From: a virus
Taxonomy: Duplodnaviria > Caudoviricetes
Reading direction: 5' to 3' (one strand)
Virus record (IMG/VR): IMGVR_UViG_3300030098_003463
Span: 1 to 52,563 of that record
Length of the DNA stretch: 52,563 bases
In this document: positions 36,158 to 48,000 of the stretch, piece by piece
Layout of the letters: the number at the start of each line of letters is the position of its first letter
Numbering within the stretch: position 1 is the first letter of the stretch
Notes under the pieces: generated by a model
What the model was told of the DNA's origin: nothing
The model's database searches: none
What the model saw: the letters and a program-made list of their open reading frames with translations, nothing else
Position numbers and translations under genes: made by a program

Positions 36158-39100
36158 AAAAAATCTTCATCCTGCATGTCTTCAATTGCTTCTTCCAAAC
36201 CCATTAACTTTGCTTTGTCAATAAGTCTTTGTTTCATAGCACGTGCTACATCTCTGCGTTTAAACCTTTCTGCTCTGACTACTGCATCAACGTCTACGCT
36301 TCTGAAGTTAAGACCTAAAACTTCTCGCAACGCCTGCTCACTAAATTTACCCTCAGTAGCTCTTTCCCCTAACCTTGCCGCTTTGCCCACAGAAGGTAGC
36401 AAGGTTTTAATAGCATGATATGTTTTCTCGTTAAATGGCAGTTCTAATTCTTCGCCAAAGAATCTGCCTACTGCTGCTTGGTCTTCATAGTCTTGAATGT
36501 TAGAATCCAGAAAATAACTGTACCCTTCATCAGGATAAATTTCTGCCCATATTTTAAGAAACGGAGTCATAGATGACACCATGTCTTTCATGTTGAGCCT
36601 GTTTAAATCTCCATAGGGTAAGTCTGGTGCAAAGTAAACTGGCATACCTTCAGCGTTTAACGGCATCTCTCCAGAGGTAAAAGGCATTCTAATAGCGTTG
36701 ATGTCTTGAAAGTAGTCTGGCGTAGGTATGTTTTCAAAGTCAGCCGACATTGCTTCAATATTATTTTGCAACTTTGGCAACATAGAATACCGTTCAGGGT
36801 GTTGTGCAATTGCTTGGAACTGAAGTGGAATGTTTTTTCGCATCCAAGTATAGAAAGGTATAATTGTTTTTAAATGGTCACGTTCAAAAGGTGTGAGTTC
36901 TCCGTAATCAAATAGGTATCGTTTTACAGATTCAGCAGCTTCATCTGCCGTCATGCCTCGTCCTATTTTCTTTTTATTCAGCAGACCGTTTCCTTTGATT
37001 TGTCCTTGGTCTGTAGTCAGCATTGTAATAAAATGAGCAAGGCGAGAATTGTTTTCCATTTGCTGGCCGTAGTTTCTATTAGCGCGAGTAAACATGTTAT
37101 CGCCAAGTAACTTGTAAGCCTTGCTAAAGAAACTATCTTTTTCAGAAGTCGCTGTGCCAAGAATAGCCTGTGCCGTACTTAAGGTTTCAGGTTCTGTTTC
37201 TACGCCACGCCCAAGGATGTTTTGAAAAAGATAATTTGTTTCTTCATCTGGAGTGAGTCCTACTGTACCACCGTTTGAAAAATCATAAACAGTATCCATC
37301 ATATCTTTAATGTAATCATACGTTCCCTGCATAGCCCTGCCAGTATTCTTGTCTGTAGCACCTTCTAATAAGTATTGTTCAAAACCTCTTGCAAACTTTT
37401 CCTCCCCGTCTACTGTCCAAACAAACCTTTCCATTAATTGTGTGGTCATCTCATCTATGTCTACGTCAGCATTAGGTGCAAGTCGTGCTGACTCCATAGC
37501 ATAATCCATCATTTCTGTGCGAACTTTTTTGTATTGATCTTCGCCAAGCAGCCAACGATGAATTATATCTTGATCGCCTTGATCTAACATCGTGCGTCTA
37601 ATTATATGAGCTAGTTCATGTATGTAAGTCGTAGGGTCAGCAGCTTCTGTAACCAATATGTCTGCTCTGCCATCATCTAAGAAACGTATAGCACCATGCA
37701 ACCCCCCTTCGCCATGTTGTTCCATAAATTTTGGAGTGTCTAAATTCCACGTGCCTACATTTTCTATAGATTTAACTTGGTTTGGATTGTATGCTATTCC
37801 AACCTGATGAAATAGATTTTCCGTGCTATCTGGTTGACCTGTAATCCCACCAGCATGTGAGAGTCCATCATATCCAATTTCTTTTAGGGCTTCAGCTATA
37901 ACTACGTCATGTATTTCTGGGAGATTAACATTTGCTGCACTTAAGTCTTTAGGTATAAAGGTTCCATAACCTAATTCTTGTAAAGCAGTGTTAAGTCTTC
38001 GTTCTGTTATGAAATCTGTTGCACCTAGTTCATGGCCGTTAAAAAGATCTACCTCATAACCTGCTTCCTCAATCCAAGCTGTCATGCCACCTATTACTTC
38101 ATCTCTAGTTCTGCCTAATCCTAAAAAAGAAACTTTTGAATAAGGCACTGTACCGAACAGAGCGGCTGTTCCGTTTTCAAATACTTCGTCTTCATAATCG
38201 GCTCTCGTAACTGGAGTGCCTTTTACTGCGGTAGCATAAGACTCGTTGTCAGTAATTAAGTCAAGGGCTTTTGCTTCCGAGTCAATCTCATAATCATAAT
38301 TTCTTATCCATTGCTTATAGTACTGATCTATTTCACGATTAAATTCGCTGTAGTAATGTTCATACAATTCTTTTTCTGTCGCAGCATCACCAAGCTGCTT
38401 AAAGGCATCCCTTGTGTATGCTGCTGCTAGTATATGTGATGAAGTATTTATTATATCAGTAGCTTCTTTTTCTGCCGCTTCTTTTGATGCAGTTGATTTC
38501 CATGCCCACATAGGGCTTTCAGGATCAGCAATTAATGTTTCGCCAAGACGCAAGTCTCTCCATCTTTTCCCATTGCCTGTTACCATGCTTACGACATAAG
38601 GGTTTTGGGCAAACCAATGAAAACCTAGTACTTCAGCCGACTCACTACTTGGAAGATAATCTGGTATGTCTTTTTCCCATCTAGTAACATACCTATCTAA
38701 TGCAACAATTTCCCTAAGTTTAGGATCGTCTGGTGGCTTAACGGCTAAATATTCTTCCCCTCCCATTTTAACATTTTCATCACCATACCTTTTACGACTA
38801 CGTGGCGTTTTACGTACTTCTAAGTCAACAAAAGCAAGATTTTTTCCTTGCAACCTGCCTTGTGTTTTGTATTCGTCTAAGTGGGCACCACTTAGCCGTG
38901 GTGGTGTTATGGGCGTAGTCATTCGTTGTGGCTGACCAAGCTCAAATCGCTCTCTTAAGTAAAGGTCGTATGATACACTAGTAGACTCATCAAGACCTTC
39001 TCTTAAACTTTCAATTTTATTTTTAGCTATTTCTATTTGCTCTTCTGTTGGCCCTACAGGTTTCCAAGGCGTACCTTGCATACCGCCTTCTGGTATTAGA

Positions 39101-42003
39101 TTGCCGTGACCAAATAGTCGCAGTTCTTCGTGTAGTTCCGGCAAGCTATCTATAAAGTAGTCCAGACCATGACCGCCAACCGCTAAAGATGTTCCACTTG
39201 TTTTTTGCTGTGACAGATAGGCTGCATTATATTGACGACCAGCACCCATATATCCTTCTGTTATTTGCGTTCCTCGTTCTGGATCATATGGAAGGTAATC
39301 CATAGTCATGTAATGACCTACGCCCATGAACGTGCTGTCGTTTATAGTGGTATCTATTTCGCCTGACTTTCTTATATCGCCTGTTGGTGTGCCATGAAAA
39401 AAAACTGGTGCTATATTACTGTCGCCAACTTTTTCTTTGAAATACGAATTATTTACAGCTTTTTGGAAGTTTGGATTAGTATAGTCAATAGCGTCTATGC
39501 CGGGAATCTTTGTTTGATATAAAAAATTAGAGCCTGAAGCTGGCAAACCAGCAGTAGGTACAGTATAAGCTTTAATTTCTCTTATGCGGTTTTCATACCA
39601 TTCTTCAGGGGTCTTCCAATTCCTCCACGCCCATGCTCTGGCAATAACATCATAAGCTTCTGCTGTTTTTTGTGCTTGATCTGCCGTGTAATCTGCTCCT
39701 GCATATTCTGCTGCATCGAATAAAGCTTCAGCAACATTTGCAATACGTGCGTTTCTATCTCCCCAATCTGACAACCCTTCAGATATTTCAGTAGTTGAAG
39801 GCTTACCTTCGCGCAATTGAAGATTTGTCATTAGCTCTTCGCCAATGCCAAGATCAGATTCATTATAAATCAACCCTGCTTGTGTTACGCCTCTTTCATC
39901 AGCCATCTTTTTTACTTCTGCGCCTGTAACCTTAGTTCCATCTGGCAAGTCAAATATGTAATTTTCTGTTGACCTGCGTCCACCTAATATTCTTTCTATT
40001 TTAGAGCGCACAGCCCTACTACCAATGTTTTTAGTATCACCAACCTGCAGCAGCATTGCTTCCGCATAACGCTTTGGATTGCTAACGCCTGCCAAATAAT
40101 TATTGAAGATATTAGAGTAAAGGTTCCGCATATGATAGCCGGGGCTAAGAAGTGCATACGACTTCCACAAGCCTTGCACTTGTCTGAACGTATCTAATAT
40201 TACGTTTGTGCCTTCACTGCCTTGTATTATTTTGGTCATGTCATCCATCTGTTCTTTCATAGCAGATGGAATGGCGTAATAAATGTTTTCTTCACCTGTA
40301 GTTTGTTTGGTTTGCTTGCGTACAGAAAGGGCGGGTGCTTTCCAAACGTCCATGCCGTTTTCTTTAAGCATTTGATGCGTTGGGTCACGCAAGTTTTCTG
40401 CTACAGATTGATCAATTGGCACCGCTATGCGAGTATCAGATATAATTGCGTCATAAAACTTTTGGGTATTAACTTTTTTTATAGACTCCATACCGCGCCT
40501 TGTTGCCATAAGAGCTACATTTGTTTCCGTAGGCACAAGGTCTTGAATGCGAGATTCTAACGTAGGATACTTTTTTGCATAAGATGCTTTTAATATGCCG
40601 TTTTCGGTTATTGTTGCAATGCCGTCTTGAGTTGCTTTCTCATACATAGCACTGCCAGCATCTTTGCCAAAACGAACTTTAAACATGTTTTCTACTATTG
40701 CACGAGACAGTTCAGTTACTGGTTCAAGACCAGCAGAATAATTGGCTCTGAACTGCGCCTTGTCTAACAATCCTACAGTTTCTTCTTCTTCAAATATTTT
40801 ATTAAACATGTCTTTCCACTCTTCCACCCCCTTGCTTATTACTTGCTTGGTAGCATCGTCTACCTTAAGCTGGTTAATCAACCCCTCTACTACTTTTGGT
40901 TGATCAAGATAAGCTCCCACAAGACGCAACTCTCCTTCGTTCATATCTGCAGCAATCTTAAGTATGTTTTCTCGCAAGGCTACTGTTTGCAACGACACAG
41001 CAGAATCTTTGCGTATTTGCTGCGCCATAAAATCAACAGTTCCGCTTTTAACATCTTCAGCAGTAACCAGTCTTGTGCCTTGATCTCCACCTAATCTATT
41101 TATTGTATCTGCAATTTCCTCTGCTTGATAACCTTCTTTTAAACCCTTTAACAAAGAATTAGGCATAAAGAGTCTGCGGTATTGTTGTCCAGCTTTTGAG
41201 TTAGTAATTAAATCACTGGCTCTACGCGCACCAGTAACAGCACCAGCAGCCTCATCTAGTTTTCCAATGCCTACTGCTACTTTGCCAAATCCAAAACCAA
41301 ACCAAGTTGTAGGGTCAAGAACTACATCAGCCACAAACCCTGCCGCAGCAATTGCGTATGGATTTGTGTCCTCCATCGTGAGCGCAGTCTCTCCCCGTTT
41401 GCCAGAAAAAATATCTGCAAATGTTGTACGCCTTGCACCCTCTTGGTCTATACCTATTGCGTTTATAAATTCTTCTCCTGCTTGTTCTAACGCCGCAATA
41501 GGACTACCTGTCAACAAATACTCTTCTAAACCACCAGCTACGGAATAATTAAACATTGAAAGAAAATCAGACACAGGCTCTATAACATCATCAAACCCAA
41601 TAGAATCATTTTGTTCAGCTACTTCATCAAGGTATTCATCATATAGCCCTGCTTGCTTAAACAACTCTACGTTTCTCTGAACTTCTGTTATAGCTCCCAA
41701 TTCAGCAGTGTCTTGTCGAGCCATTCGCGGTTTTGTTTGGAACTCAGACTCTGGCATTACGCGAGATGGTACTCTTGGTTCAGCTTGACCAAACGCTAAT
41801 TCTGATTCTTCCTCTTGATCTAACGGCTCTATTGCTTTACGAGACATAAAAGTTTCAACTATGTCATCATATGGCATTACAATACTTTCTTCATAGGCCG
41901 TGTCAAAAACATCAGAAAAAAAACTAGTTTGTTCAGGCTCATCAAAAAATGATTTGCTGCTTACACCTAAAGCTTCATCAAAAGTTTCAGAAAAAATATT
42001 CAT
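36154..42003 (-). CDS. Giant ejection/polyvalent protein (ART-like, zincin-like and LPD38-like segments)
   Basis: 'FHGT..G.GHYMT' and 'GYDG..YNPNQVKS.ENVGTW'; 'HELAH..EEKFARGFE.YL.EG'; 'FDYGELTPFER...PFYTW'. Confidence 0.75.
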   Translation of the reverse strand: MNIFSETFDEALGVSSKSFFDEPEQTSFFSDVFDTAYEESIVMPYDDIVETFMSRKAIEPLDQEEESELAFGQAEPRVPSRVMPESEFQTKPRMARQDTAELGAITEVQRNVELFKQAGLYDEYLDEVAEQNDSIGFDDVIEPVSDFLSMFNYSVAGGLEEYLLTGSPIAALEQAGEEFINAIGIDQEGARRTTFADIFSGKRGETALTMEDTNPYAIAAAGFVADVVLDPTTWFGFGFGKVAVGIGKLDEAAGAVTGARRASDLITNSKAGQQYRRLFMPNSLLKGLKEGYQAEEIADTINRLGGDQGTRLVTAEDVKSGTVDFMAQQIRKDSAVSLQTVALRENILKIAADMNEGELRLVGAYLDQPKVVEGLINQLKVDDATKQVISKGVEEWKDMFNKIFEEEETVGLLDKAQFRANYSAGLEPVTELSRAIVENMFKVRFGKDAGSAMYEKATQDGIATITENGILKASYAKKYPTLESRIQDLVPTETNVALMATRRGMESIKKVNTQKFYDAIISDTRIAVPIDQSVAENLRDPTHQMLKENGMDVWKAPALSVRKQTKQTTGEENIYYAIPSAMKEQMDDMTKIIQGSEGTNVILDTFRQVQGLWKSYALLSPGYHMRNLYSNIFNNYLAGVSNPKRYAEAMLLQVGDTKNIGSRAVRSKIERILGGRRSTENYIFDLPDGTKVTGAEVKKMADERGVTQAGLIYNESDLGIGEELMTNLQLREGKPSTTEISEGLSDWGDRNARIANVAEALFDAAEYAGADYTADQAQKTAEAYDVIARAWAWRNWKTPEEWYENRIREIKAYTVPTAGLPASGSNFLYQTKIPGIDAIDYTNPNFQKAVNNSYFKEKVGDSNIAPVFFHGTPTGDIRKSGEIDTTINDSTFMGVGHYMTMDYLPYDPERGTQITEGYMGAGRQYNAAYLSQQKTSGTSLAVGGHGLDYFIDSLPELHEELRLFGHGNLIPEGGMQGTPWKPVGPTEEQIEIAKNKIESLREGLDESTSVSYDLYLRERFELGQPQRMTTPITPPRLSGAHLDEYKTQGRLQGKNLAFVDLEVRKTPRSRKRYGDENVKMGGEEYLAVKPPDDPKLREIVALDRYVTRWEKDIPDYLPSSESAEVLGFHWFAQNPYVVSMVTGNGKRWRDLRLGETLIADPESPMWAWKSTASKEAAEKEATDIINTSSHILAAAYTRDAFKQLGDAATEKELYEHYYSEFNREIDQYYKQWIRNYDYEIDSEAKALDLITDNESYATAVKGTPVTRADYEDEVFENGTAALFGTVPYSKVSFLGLGRTRDEVIGGMTAWIEEAGYEVDLFNGHELGATDFITERRLNTALQELGYGTFIPKDLSAANVNLPEIHDVVIAEALKEIGYDGLSHAGGITGQPDSTENLFHQVGIAYNPNQVKSIENVGTWNLDTPKFMEQHGEGGLHGAIRFLDDGRADILVTEAADPTTYIHELAHIIRRTMLDQGDQDIIHRWLLGEDQYKKVRTEMMDYAMESARLAPNADVDIDEMTTQLMERFVWTVDGEEKFARGFEQYLLEGATDKNTGRAMQGTYDYIKDMMDTVYDFSNGGTVGLTPDEETNYLFQNILGRGVETEPETLSTAQAILGTATSEKDSFFSKAYKLLGDNMFTRANRNYGQQMENNSRLAHFITMLTTDQGQIKGNGLLNKKKIGRGMTADEAAESVKRYLFDYGELTPFERDHLKTIIPFYTWMRKNIPLQFQAIAQHPERYSMLPKLQNNIEAMSADFENIPTPDYFQDINAIRMPFTSGEMPLNAEGMPVYFAPDLPYGDLNRLNMKDMVSSMTPFLKIWAEIYPDEGYSYFLDSNIQDYEDQAAVGRFFGEELELPFNEKTYHAIKTLLPSVGKAARLGERATEGKFSEQALREVLGLNFRSVDVDAVVRAERFKRRDVARAMKQRLIDKAKLMGLEEAIEDMQDEDFF

Positions 42004-42005
42004 TA

Positions 42006-44078
42006 TTAATCCCCAAAGGTTTGCACTGTAACGGGATTACCTGTGCCTACGCCATAACTGCGATATCTTGGATCAGGAGGAACTGAAGCAACAGCCTCGC
42101 CAACTAAACCTACACCTCTTCTTAAATAATCTGGTATATTTCTTACAAATTCTTGTATTCCTGCCTTACGCATCTGGGCTTTTTGAGATAACGTAAGCCT
42201 ACTCCAATCTCCATCTGCTGCTTCAGGAAATTGTTCAATTATTTCTTGAGCTTCTTTAGTAATTGGTCCAGAAACATTAGCTGTTACTTCTTCTTCTTGC
42301 GGTGCTTGTGGACTTGAAGCTGAAACTTCATCGGCGTCTATTAAAACAGGCACACTAGTGCTACCCATAAATTCATTTATTAGTCTTGAGTGTATTCTTT
42401 GTGTAGCACCAACAGGAACTTGTCCTATACGCTCTCTTCTTTCTAAGTCTATTCTTGCCGCTTCTATTAATTCAATTTCATTTTGTGGGCCTCCCGGCAA
42501 AGGAGTCCCATTAGCATCAGTGCCACCAGCAGCATTTATTATTTTATTCTTGCCATATTCAAACACCCTATCTTCTATTGCCGTTTTTTGATCCCACCAC
42601 GCAGGAAACCCTTGATGTATTTGAGTAAGAGTCTCACTGTCAAGAGCATCGCTTACCATCGTGTCTAAGCCAATGTCCTGTCCAACTGACTCAAAAAGTT
42701 GTATGGCTTTTGTTTTTTCTTCTAATGTTAACGCCTTGTCTGTTTGAATTGATTCTAATGCTACTTGTGGTGAAGATCCAAGGTTTACTTGTTGCAATGC
42801 CCCGATTGCTACTACATCAGATACGGTTAGATCGCCAATTAATCTATTATTGTACTGTCTTCTTTTAGCTATGTGTGGAAACGCAGCGTTTGCTTGTCTT
42901 ATTGCTTCTCTTCTAATAGAAGGATTTAAAGCAGTTACTGCGTCTTGTCTTTGTGTAGCCGTTGATTGCTGTTGCGTTTGTGAGTCGTTAATTACATTTG
43001 CCAGCGGATTTCTGTTTAGTCGCGCTTCTTGCGAAATAACTTTATTCTGGTCGTTTGCAATTTGTCTTGACAACTTTTCTACAGTCTCAGAGTATAAGGC
43101 TGCATCCCTTTCCATAATAGTCATACTTCGATCCATAAGTTGGCGCATTAAAATTGCTTTTTCTTGACCAGCATTATAGCCTTTGTTTACTAACTCATAA
43201 GCATGTTGTATTTGTGTTTGGTTTACTGCTTTAGAAGCAAGTTCTGCCCCACCTTTACGAGTTATCCCTAGCTCTGCTGTTGCTTGGGCCGAATCAATTA
43301 GGTCTAATAGAAGCGTCTTATCTTCTGCGCCATACTTATTGGCAAACTGTCGAGCTTTACGAAACCCACCCTGTTGGTTCATCATCTCTTGCACTACAAC
43401 TAATCTTTGTTCTGCATTAACTTGATCAACGTAATCTGGGTTGCCACCTAATTGTTGTTGAGCATTAGCATAACCTTCATATCCTATACCTGTGTAAACA
43501 CCGCTATAATTTACCAGCATAGCTTGCAAGGTAGGGTCTTGAGTATCTCTTTTGATTACCTCTGGTATTGTTCCTTGAAGCTTTTTTTGTTCAGCATTTA
43601 GTAAGTTAAGCTGATTTGTTAAATCTCCTTTTTGTTTTGGGGTTAAATATTGTGAGTTTACTTGTAAGTACGAAGACACTTCATTTTGTTTTTCAGTAAG
43701 AGCTAAAAGTTGAGTATTTAAAGTGTTTAAAGTAACATCTTCAACTATCTGTGATTGGCCTCTTTTTCCTTGGCCTGTTAGGTATTGAGTTTGAGTTTGG
43801 GTAATTAGGTTGTCAACATCTTGACCAAATTTATCTATCTCTGTTACTGTATAAACTGGATCTACATTGCCAACTTGAAGACCAGTGGCACCTCGTTCAC
43901 GTGGACCACTTGCTGCAGCATAAGCACTTCTAGCAATACTACCTTCTGCTTGCACTTGTTGACTTAAACGCAATTTACGTTCGTTTTCATACTGAGTAGA
44001 TAAGTCTTGCAGACCTTGTGTTAGTCCTGTGCTAAATCCAGAAGATATGCTACGGCCAAGTTTAGAAAAAATACTCAT
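42006..44078 (-). CDS. Internal virion/ejection protein (putative)
   Basis: Gln-rich helical, 690 aa, in the ejection-gene block. Confidence 0.6.
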   Translation of the reverse strand: MSIFSKLGRSISSGFSTGLTQGLQDLSTQYENERKLRLSQQVQAEGSIARSAYAAASGPRERGATGLQVGNVDPVYTVTEIDKFGQDVDNLITQTQTQYLTGQGKRGQSQIVEDVTLNTLNTQLLALTEKQNEVSSYLQVNSQYLTPKQKGDLTNQLNLLNAEQKKLQGTIPEVIKRDTQDPTLQAMLVNYSGVYTGIGYEGYANAQQQLGGNPDYVDQVNAEQRLVVVQEMMNQQGGFRKARQFANKYGAEDKTLLLDLIDSAQATAELGITRKGGAELASKAVNQTQIQHAYELVNKGYNAGQEKAILMRQLMDRSMTIMERDAALYSETVEKLSRQIANDQNKVISQEARLNRNPLANVINDSQTQQQSTATQRQDAVTALNPSIRREAIRQANAAFPHIAKRRQYNNRLIGDLTVSDVVAIGALQQVNLGSSPQVALESIQTDKALTLEEKTKAIQLFESVGQDIGLDTMVSDALDSETLTQIHQGFPAWWDQKTAIEDRVFEYGKNKIINAAGGTDANGTPLPGGPQNEIELIEAARIDLERRERIGQVPVGATQRIHSRLINEFMGSTSVPVLIDADEVSASSPQAPQEEEVTANVSGPITKEAQEIIEQFPEAADGDWSRLTLSQKAQMRKAGIQEFVRNIPDYLRRGVGLVGEAVASVPPDPRYRSYGVGTGNPVTVQTFGD

Positions 44079-44100
44079 TAGATTATCCTTGTTTGTTTTT

Positions 44101-45099
44101 TTAACCTTCTGAATTTACACGTTCAGATAATTCTTCCATGTTTGTATCTACGTAATGCGACCTTTTAAATGTTCCCGATTCAAAGTCTTGATCAAAATAT
44201 AATACACCTTCGTCATCTACAATCATAGAATCTGGAAAATATTCATTTGTTAAGTCTAGTGCTATCATATCGTCTACTGAAAAATCTAACATCAAACCCA
44301 CTGCTAGTCGATCTAATCGACTTTTGTTTTTATCGTTTAGTTCTTCATAGGGCTTGCTTATAAGTGTGTTAAAATGGTCTAATTCATTCCAACGCCCTAA
44401 AGCATAAATTTCTTCAGCTTGTTGATCTAAACTTGAAAATTCTGGACTTAAAATTCCTTGTTGATAATCCTCGTCATATTCTGCAAAGTTTGTCATTAAT
44501 TCTTGAACAGCTTTACCAGCACCTGATGATTCTCCACTTGGAACATCCGTTGCTTCTATCAACGGTTCTGTAGGAATCATTCTTCTTCCTGTTCTTTGTA
44601 TAAATTCATCAAGAGGTTCTTTGTAAACGCCAAGTGTATCAGTGGCTTTAGCCCCTGCTGCATACCATATAGCCGCGCCTTGTTCAAAATTAAAATATAG
44701 ACCGGGAGCAGATCCTAAGTTTAATGGATCTCCATCTTTGTCTACTGGATTAGGAGGGTAGAAATTAAGCCCATACTGTCTTGGAACCGTTATTCCTTTG
44801 CTTTTCCATTGATCGGCTCTATCTCCACTAAAAAACTCCCATGTTTTGTAGGCAGCAACTGCAGTGCCAACAGCAACTGCAACTGGTCCAACATAAGGAG
44901 CTATCTTTGTTCCAAGGGCCGAAAGAGTTTCATTGCCTTCTAAAACATTTTGCACATAACTTTTGTTGTCATCCCACTGATACATTGAGTCTACGCCAAA
45001 CAGTTTTCCTTTCCATTCTAAATCTGGAATGTCACCCGGCAATGGTATCTCATCCAATGGTATCTCATCCGTTACGTCGCTAAAAAAAAAAATCCCCAA
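44101..45099 (-). CDS. Protein with TM-like segment; probable +1-frame extension of the upstream ORF
   Basis: TTG start without RBS just before a T11 run; overlaps the upstream stop. Confidence 0.6.
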   Translation of the reverse strand: MGIFFFSDVTDEIPLDEIPLPGDIPDLEWKGKLFGVDSMYQWDDNKSYVQNVLEGNETLSALGTKIAPYVGPVAVAVGTAVAAYKTWEFFSGDRADQWKSKGITVPRQYGLNFYPPNPVDKDGDPLNLGSAPGLYFNFEQGAAIWYAAGAKATDTLGVYKEPLDEFIQRTGRRMIPTEPLIEATDVPSGESSGAGKAVQELMTNFAEYDEDYQQGILSPEFSSLDQQAEEIYALGRWNELDHFNTLISKPYEELNDKNKSRLDRLAVGLMLDFSVDDMIALDLTNEYFPDSMIVDDEGVLYFDQDFESGTFKRSHYVDTNMEELSERVNSEG

Positions 45100-48000
45100 A
45101 TTCTTCTTTTATTTTGCTTTCTATTGACTTGCCAATATCATCGCCAAATGTTTTAACTAACCAACTAGTGCCAAAACCTGTTATACTTTCTAATAACCCC
45201 GGTTGATTTTCAAACAATTGACCCTGACCACCGGGCAAACCTGTTGCACCATTCAACAAAGCCATGTGTGCAGAAAGATTTTTTATTGCATTTTCATCGT
45301 CCCAATCAAAGTCTTCCATCAACAACTCCCAAGTTTCATCTCTTTTTTGTTCTTCTTTGTTAAAAGCTGTCATTTTAGCTTTAATCATTTCAAATTCTTG
45401 TTGAGACAAATCGTTTTCTATTGCCATTGCGTTTAGCTGTTCTTCAAAGATAGCTGCGTCTTGCCTCAATGCTTGCAAAACCCTCTCTTCTTCTAAACCA
45501 AATTCGCTGGCCCATTGTGCAGCAGCATCATCTAGTGATTTGCCTCGCAATGCAATCTCTTGTTCAACTTGATATTTTAAAATAGCAAATTCATCTTCTC
45601 TTAAACCAAACTCTTGGGCAGCTTGTTGTGTAGAAAAAGCCCATTCTGTCTCCCAACGATCATTAAGCGTTTCAAATTCTTGCAAGGACAAATCCATTTG
45701 CTCTGAAAACTTGAACATATCATTTGCTCTATCCAAGTTTTGTTGTTCTATTTGTATGGCAAGTTGTTCTCGCCTAAATGCCATTTCTTCTTCAGTGGCT
45801 TCTCTACCAGCTTCTATTTCTACCCCTCGCAGTCGTAGATTCTCCCAACTAATAGCATTTTCATTGTCCATTTGCTCAATATTTGCTTTTAACCTTGCTT
45901 CTTGATCTGCTATATCAGCGTTTGTTCTAGCAATGAGAGCTTCAGTTTCACGCAAGTTAAGGTCGTTTGCTGCAGCCCATTCTTTTGTGGCTTGGTTAAA
46001 TGAAAGAGTAAATTGTTCCGTAGAAGCAGCGAGGCGATCTGCTTCTATGTTTAAACCTCTCTCTCTTAGCTCTATTTCTTGGGCTGCATTAGATGCCGCA
46101 AGAGTAGGAATAACTTCTCCGCTAGCATCAATGTAATAACCTAACCTATCTGCCAGTGCCATTTGTTGTTCAAACGCTTGCGCTGCTTGAACATTATCCA
46201 TTGAAGTCTTTTCAAGAGCCAAACGCTCTTCGCTGAGATTCATTTCACGATTCATTCTTTGAATTTCAGCAGCCGACATATCTTCTCTTATAACTAAACC
46301 ACGTTCTTCTAATGCCAGTCTTTTTTCGTCAGACAATTTACTATATTCAAGTTCTAATTCGTCTTGAGTAATACGAGCATTAGCAACTAGTTCTGCCGTT
46401 GCTAACTCTCTGTCTCTTTGATCAAGACCCCGTTCTGCTAGCAACTTGTCAGAATAATATCTTTTTTCTTCTAAACTATATTGTTGATTAAATTGAATTT
46501 CTTCAAAAGCTAATTGTTGAGTAGCAAGATCTAAGCGTCCTACTTCAACCATTTCATCTAAAAGAAGCTTACGCTCTTCAAGACTAATTCTTTCGCCTTC
46601 TTGTTCTAATCTTGCAAAACCTAATGTTGACTCATAATCAAGACGCGCTGTTTCTAATTCGCGTTGAAGCTCTAACTGTTGTTCTCGCAAAAACGCTTCT
46701 TGTTCTAATTCTTCTCGTCTAAAAGCAAATTCTTCGTCTGTTTCATCTGCTCTTTGCTCAAGCTCACTTCTTCTTAGCTCAAATTCTTCATCGCTCTGGG
46801 CTAGCCGCTGCGCCATTTCATCGCGTCGTATAGAAAACTCTTCTGCTGACTCATCTGCTCTTTGCGCTAATTCTGCTTCTACTAAGTCAATTCTTCTGCT
46901 TTCAAGATTTAACGACCTACCTTGTTGATCAACACGACTTCTTTCTATGTCTAATCCAACATTTCGCAACTCAATATCATTTGATGCTATAAATTGTTCT
47001 AAGTCTAATCGTCTAGTTTCTAAAGCTATGCGACTATTTATTTCACCTTCTTGTAATTGTAACTCTAAGTCTGCGCGTCTATCAGCGTTTTTTGCCAAAT
47101 AGTTGCTAACAGAAACTTGTTCTATCTCAGCAGCGGCAAGATCCCTGCGAACAGCTAATTCGCCTTCGCCTAACAATGTGTCAAGGGCAAGTCGCCTTTC
47201 GTCTACGCCTATACCTGCGCGGCCCATAATTTCATCTAATGCTACACGGCGTTCATTAAGATCTAATCCACCTAATCCTAATGCTTCTTCTAAGTTAAAT
47301 CTTTTGGCTTCAAGATTTAATTGCTTAACGCCAAGTAATTCATTTAAAGCTTGGGCTTTTTCTTGTATTGTTAGTTCTCTGTCAGAAATTTTTGCTTCTA
47401 AATCAAGGCGTTTCTTGTCAAGTTCAATGCGCGATAAAACCTCACGCATAGCCAATGTTTCTTCGCCATCTAGATTTCCAACAAGTTCAGCTTCTCGCAA
47501 TCTTTCGTCAGCTTTAGTTCGATAGTCTTCTAAGTCTAAAGACCTTGCCTCTAAGCCAAGTCGCCCTTCTGCTACATCAGCAGCGCGAGTCCCTAAACGA
47601 ATTTCTTCAAGAGAAACAACAAAATTTAACAACTGCTGCGTAGTGTCAATACGAACTCTTTGTTCGTCTATAGCTTCTTCTGCACGACTGCGTTTAATGT
47701 TTTCAAACAATTGCAAAGTTTCACGCAACTCAGCGCGATACTGTTGTCCTACGTCAAGCTCTGCTTGTATTAATTCATTAGCACGTGCAGTTTCTATTTC
47801 TTCTGCTTGACGAATAGTAACACCAGACGCAGTTATTCCTCCACCTTCAAGCAAACCTAATCGCCCTAATCGCTCTAAGGCATCATCGTATTTATTGTTA
47901 ATGAGCGTAGTAGTTTTTTCAAGAATTTCTTGTTCGTCAATGGCAATACTATTAATAATATTTTCCATTGAAATTTCTATTCCAGCTTCTGCTTCTCGAC

